A stretch of DNA of 64,000 bases. It comes from Octopus sinensis. Its lineage: Eukaryota. Below are positions 63,936 through 64,000 of this stretch, in pieces. The position numbers were made by a program, and so were the translations under genes. The notes below the pieces were generated by a model. It was not told where the DNA came from. It saw only the letters and a program-made list of their open reading frames with translations, and did not search any database. The stretch covers positions 32,426,001 to 32,490,000 of the forward strand of contig NC_043000.1 in assembly GCF_006345805.1 (NCBI RefSeq). The letters are read 5' to 3'. Every line of letters begins with the position of its first letter. The first letter of the stretch is position 1.

Positions 63936-63979
63936 CCACCTGATAAAAGCTGAAAGGTATGTCAGCTGAAATGTTGTGT
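63936..63979 (+). ncRNA. Minimal hammerhead variant, core mutated; inverted half-copy at 63592-63641
   Basis: CCAC-CTGATAA-A-AGCTG...CAGCT-GAAA-TG-TT-GTGT; loopless helix III; CUGAUGA>CUGAUAA. Confidence 0.55.
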
Positions 63980-64000
63980 TAACAACAAACAAGATGAAGA

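Overview
Very AT-rich eukaryotic genomic DNA, dense in microsatellites and transposable-element debris. The repeat families suggest a coleoid cephalopod, probably Octopus (inference). One host gene can be assembled by hand on the minus strand: a 9-exon, 677-aa transcription-factor-like protein with four intron-split C-terminal C2H2 fingers (ATG 46456, stop 16372). All splice phases are consistent. Its promoter is a CpG-rich inverted repeat (46592-46925). The rest is mobile DNA: a dead Ty3/gypsy element (1211-6046) holding five TSD-delimited nested insertions; RTE, CR1, R4/Dong, Tx1/L1 and Penelope fragments; mariner, maT, piggyBac-type, Merlin-like and Helitron derivatives; and tRNA-derived SINEs. 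The strongest signal not shown by the ORF track is a set of about ten type-I hammerhead ribozyme motifs (CUGANGA...GAAA...GUH). Most have an enlarged helix II and a short helix III that is palindromic or near-palindromic despite differing in sequence. Several sit as outward-facing inverted pairs inside foldback elements, and one lies next to a Penelope GIY-YIG remnant. All calls are by eye; no database searches were run.
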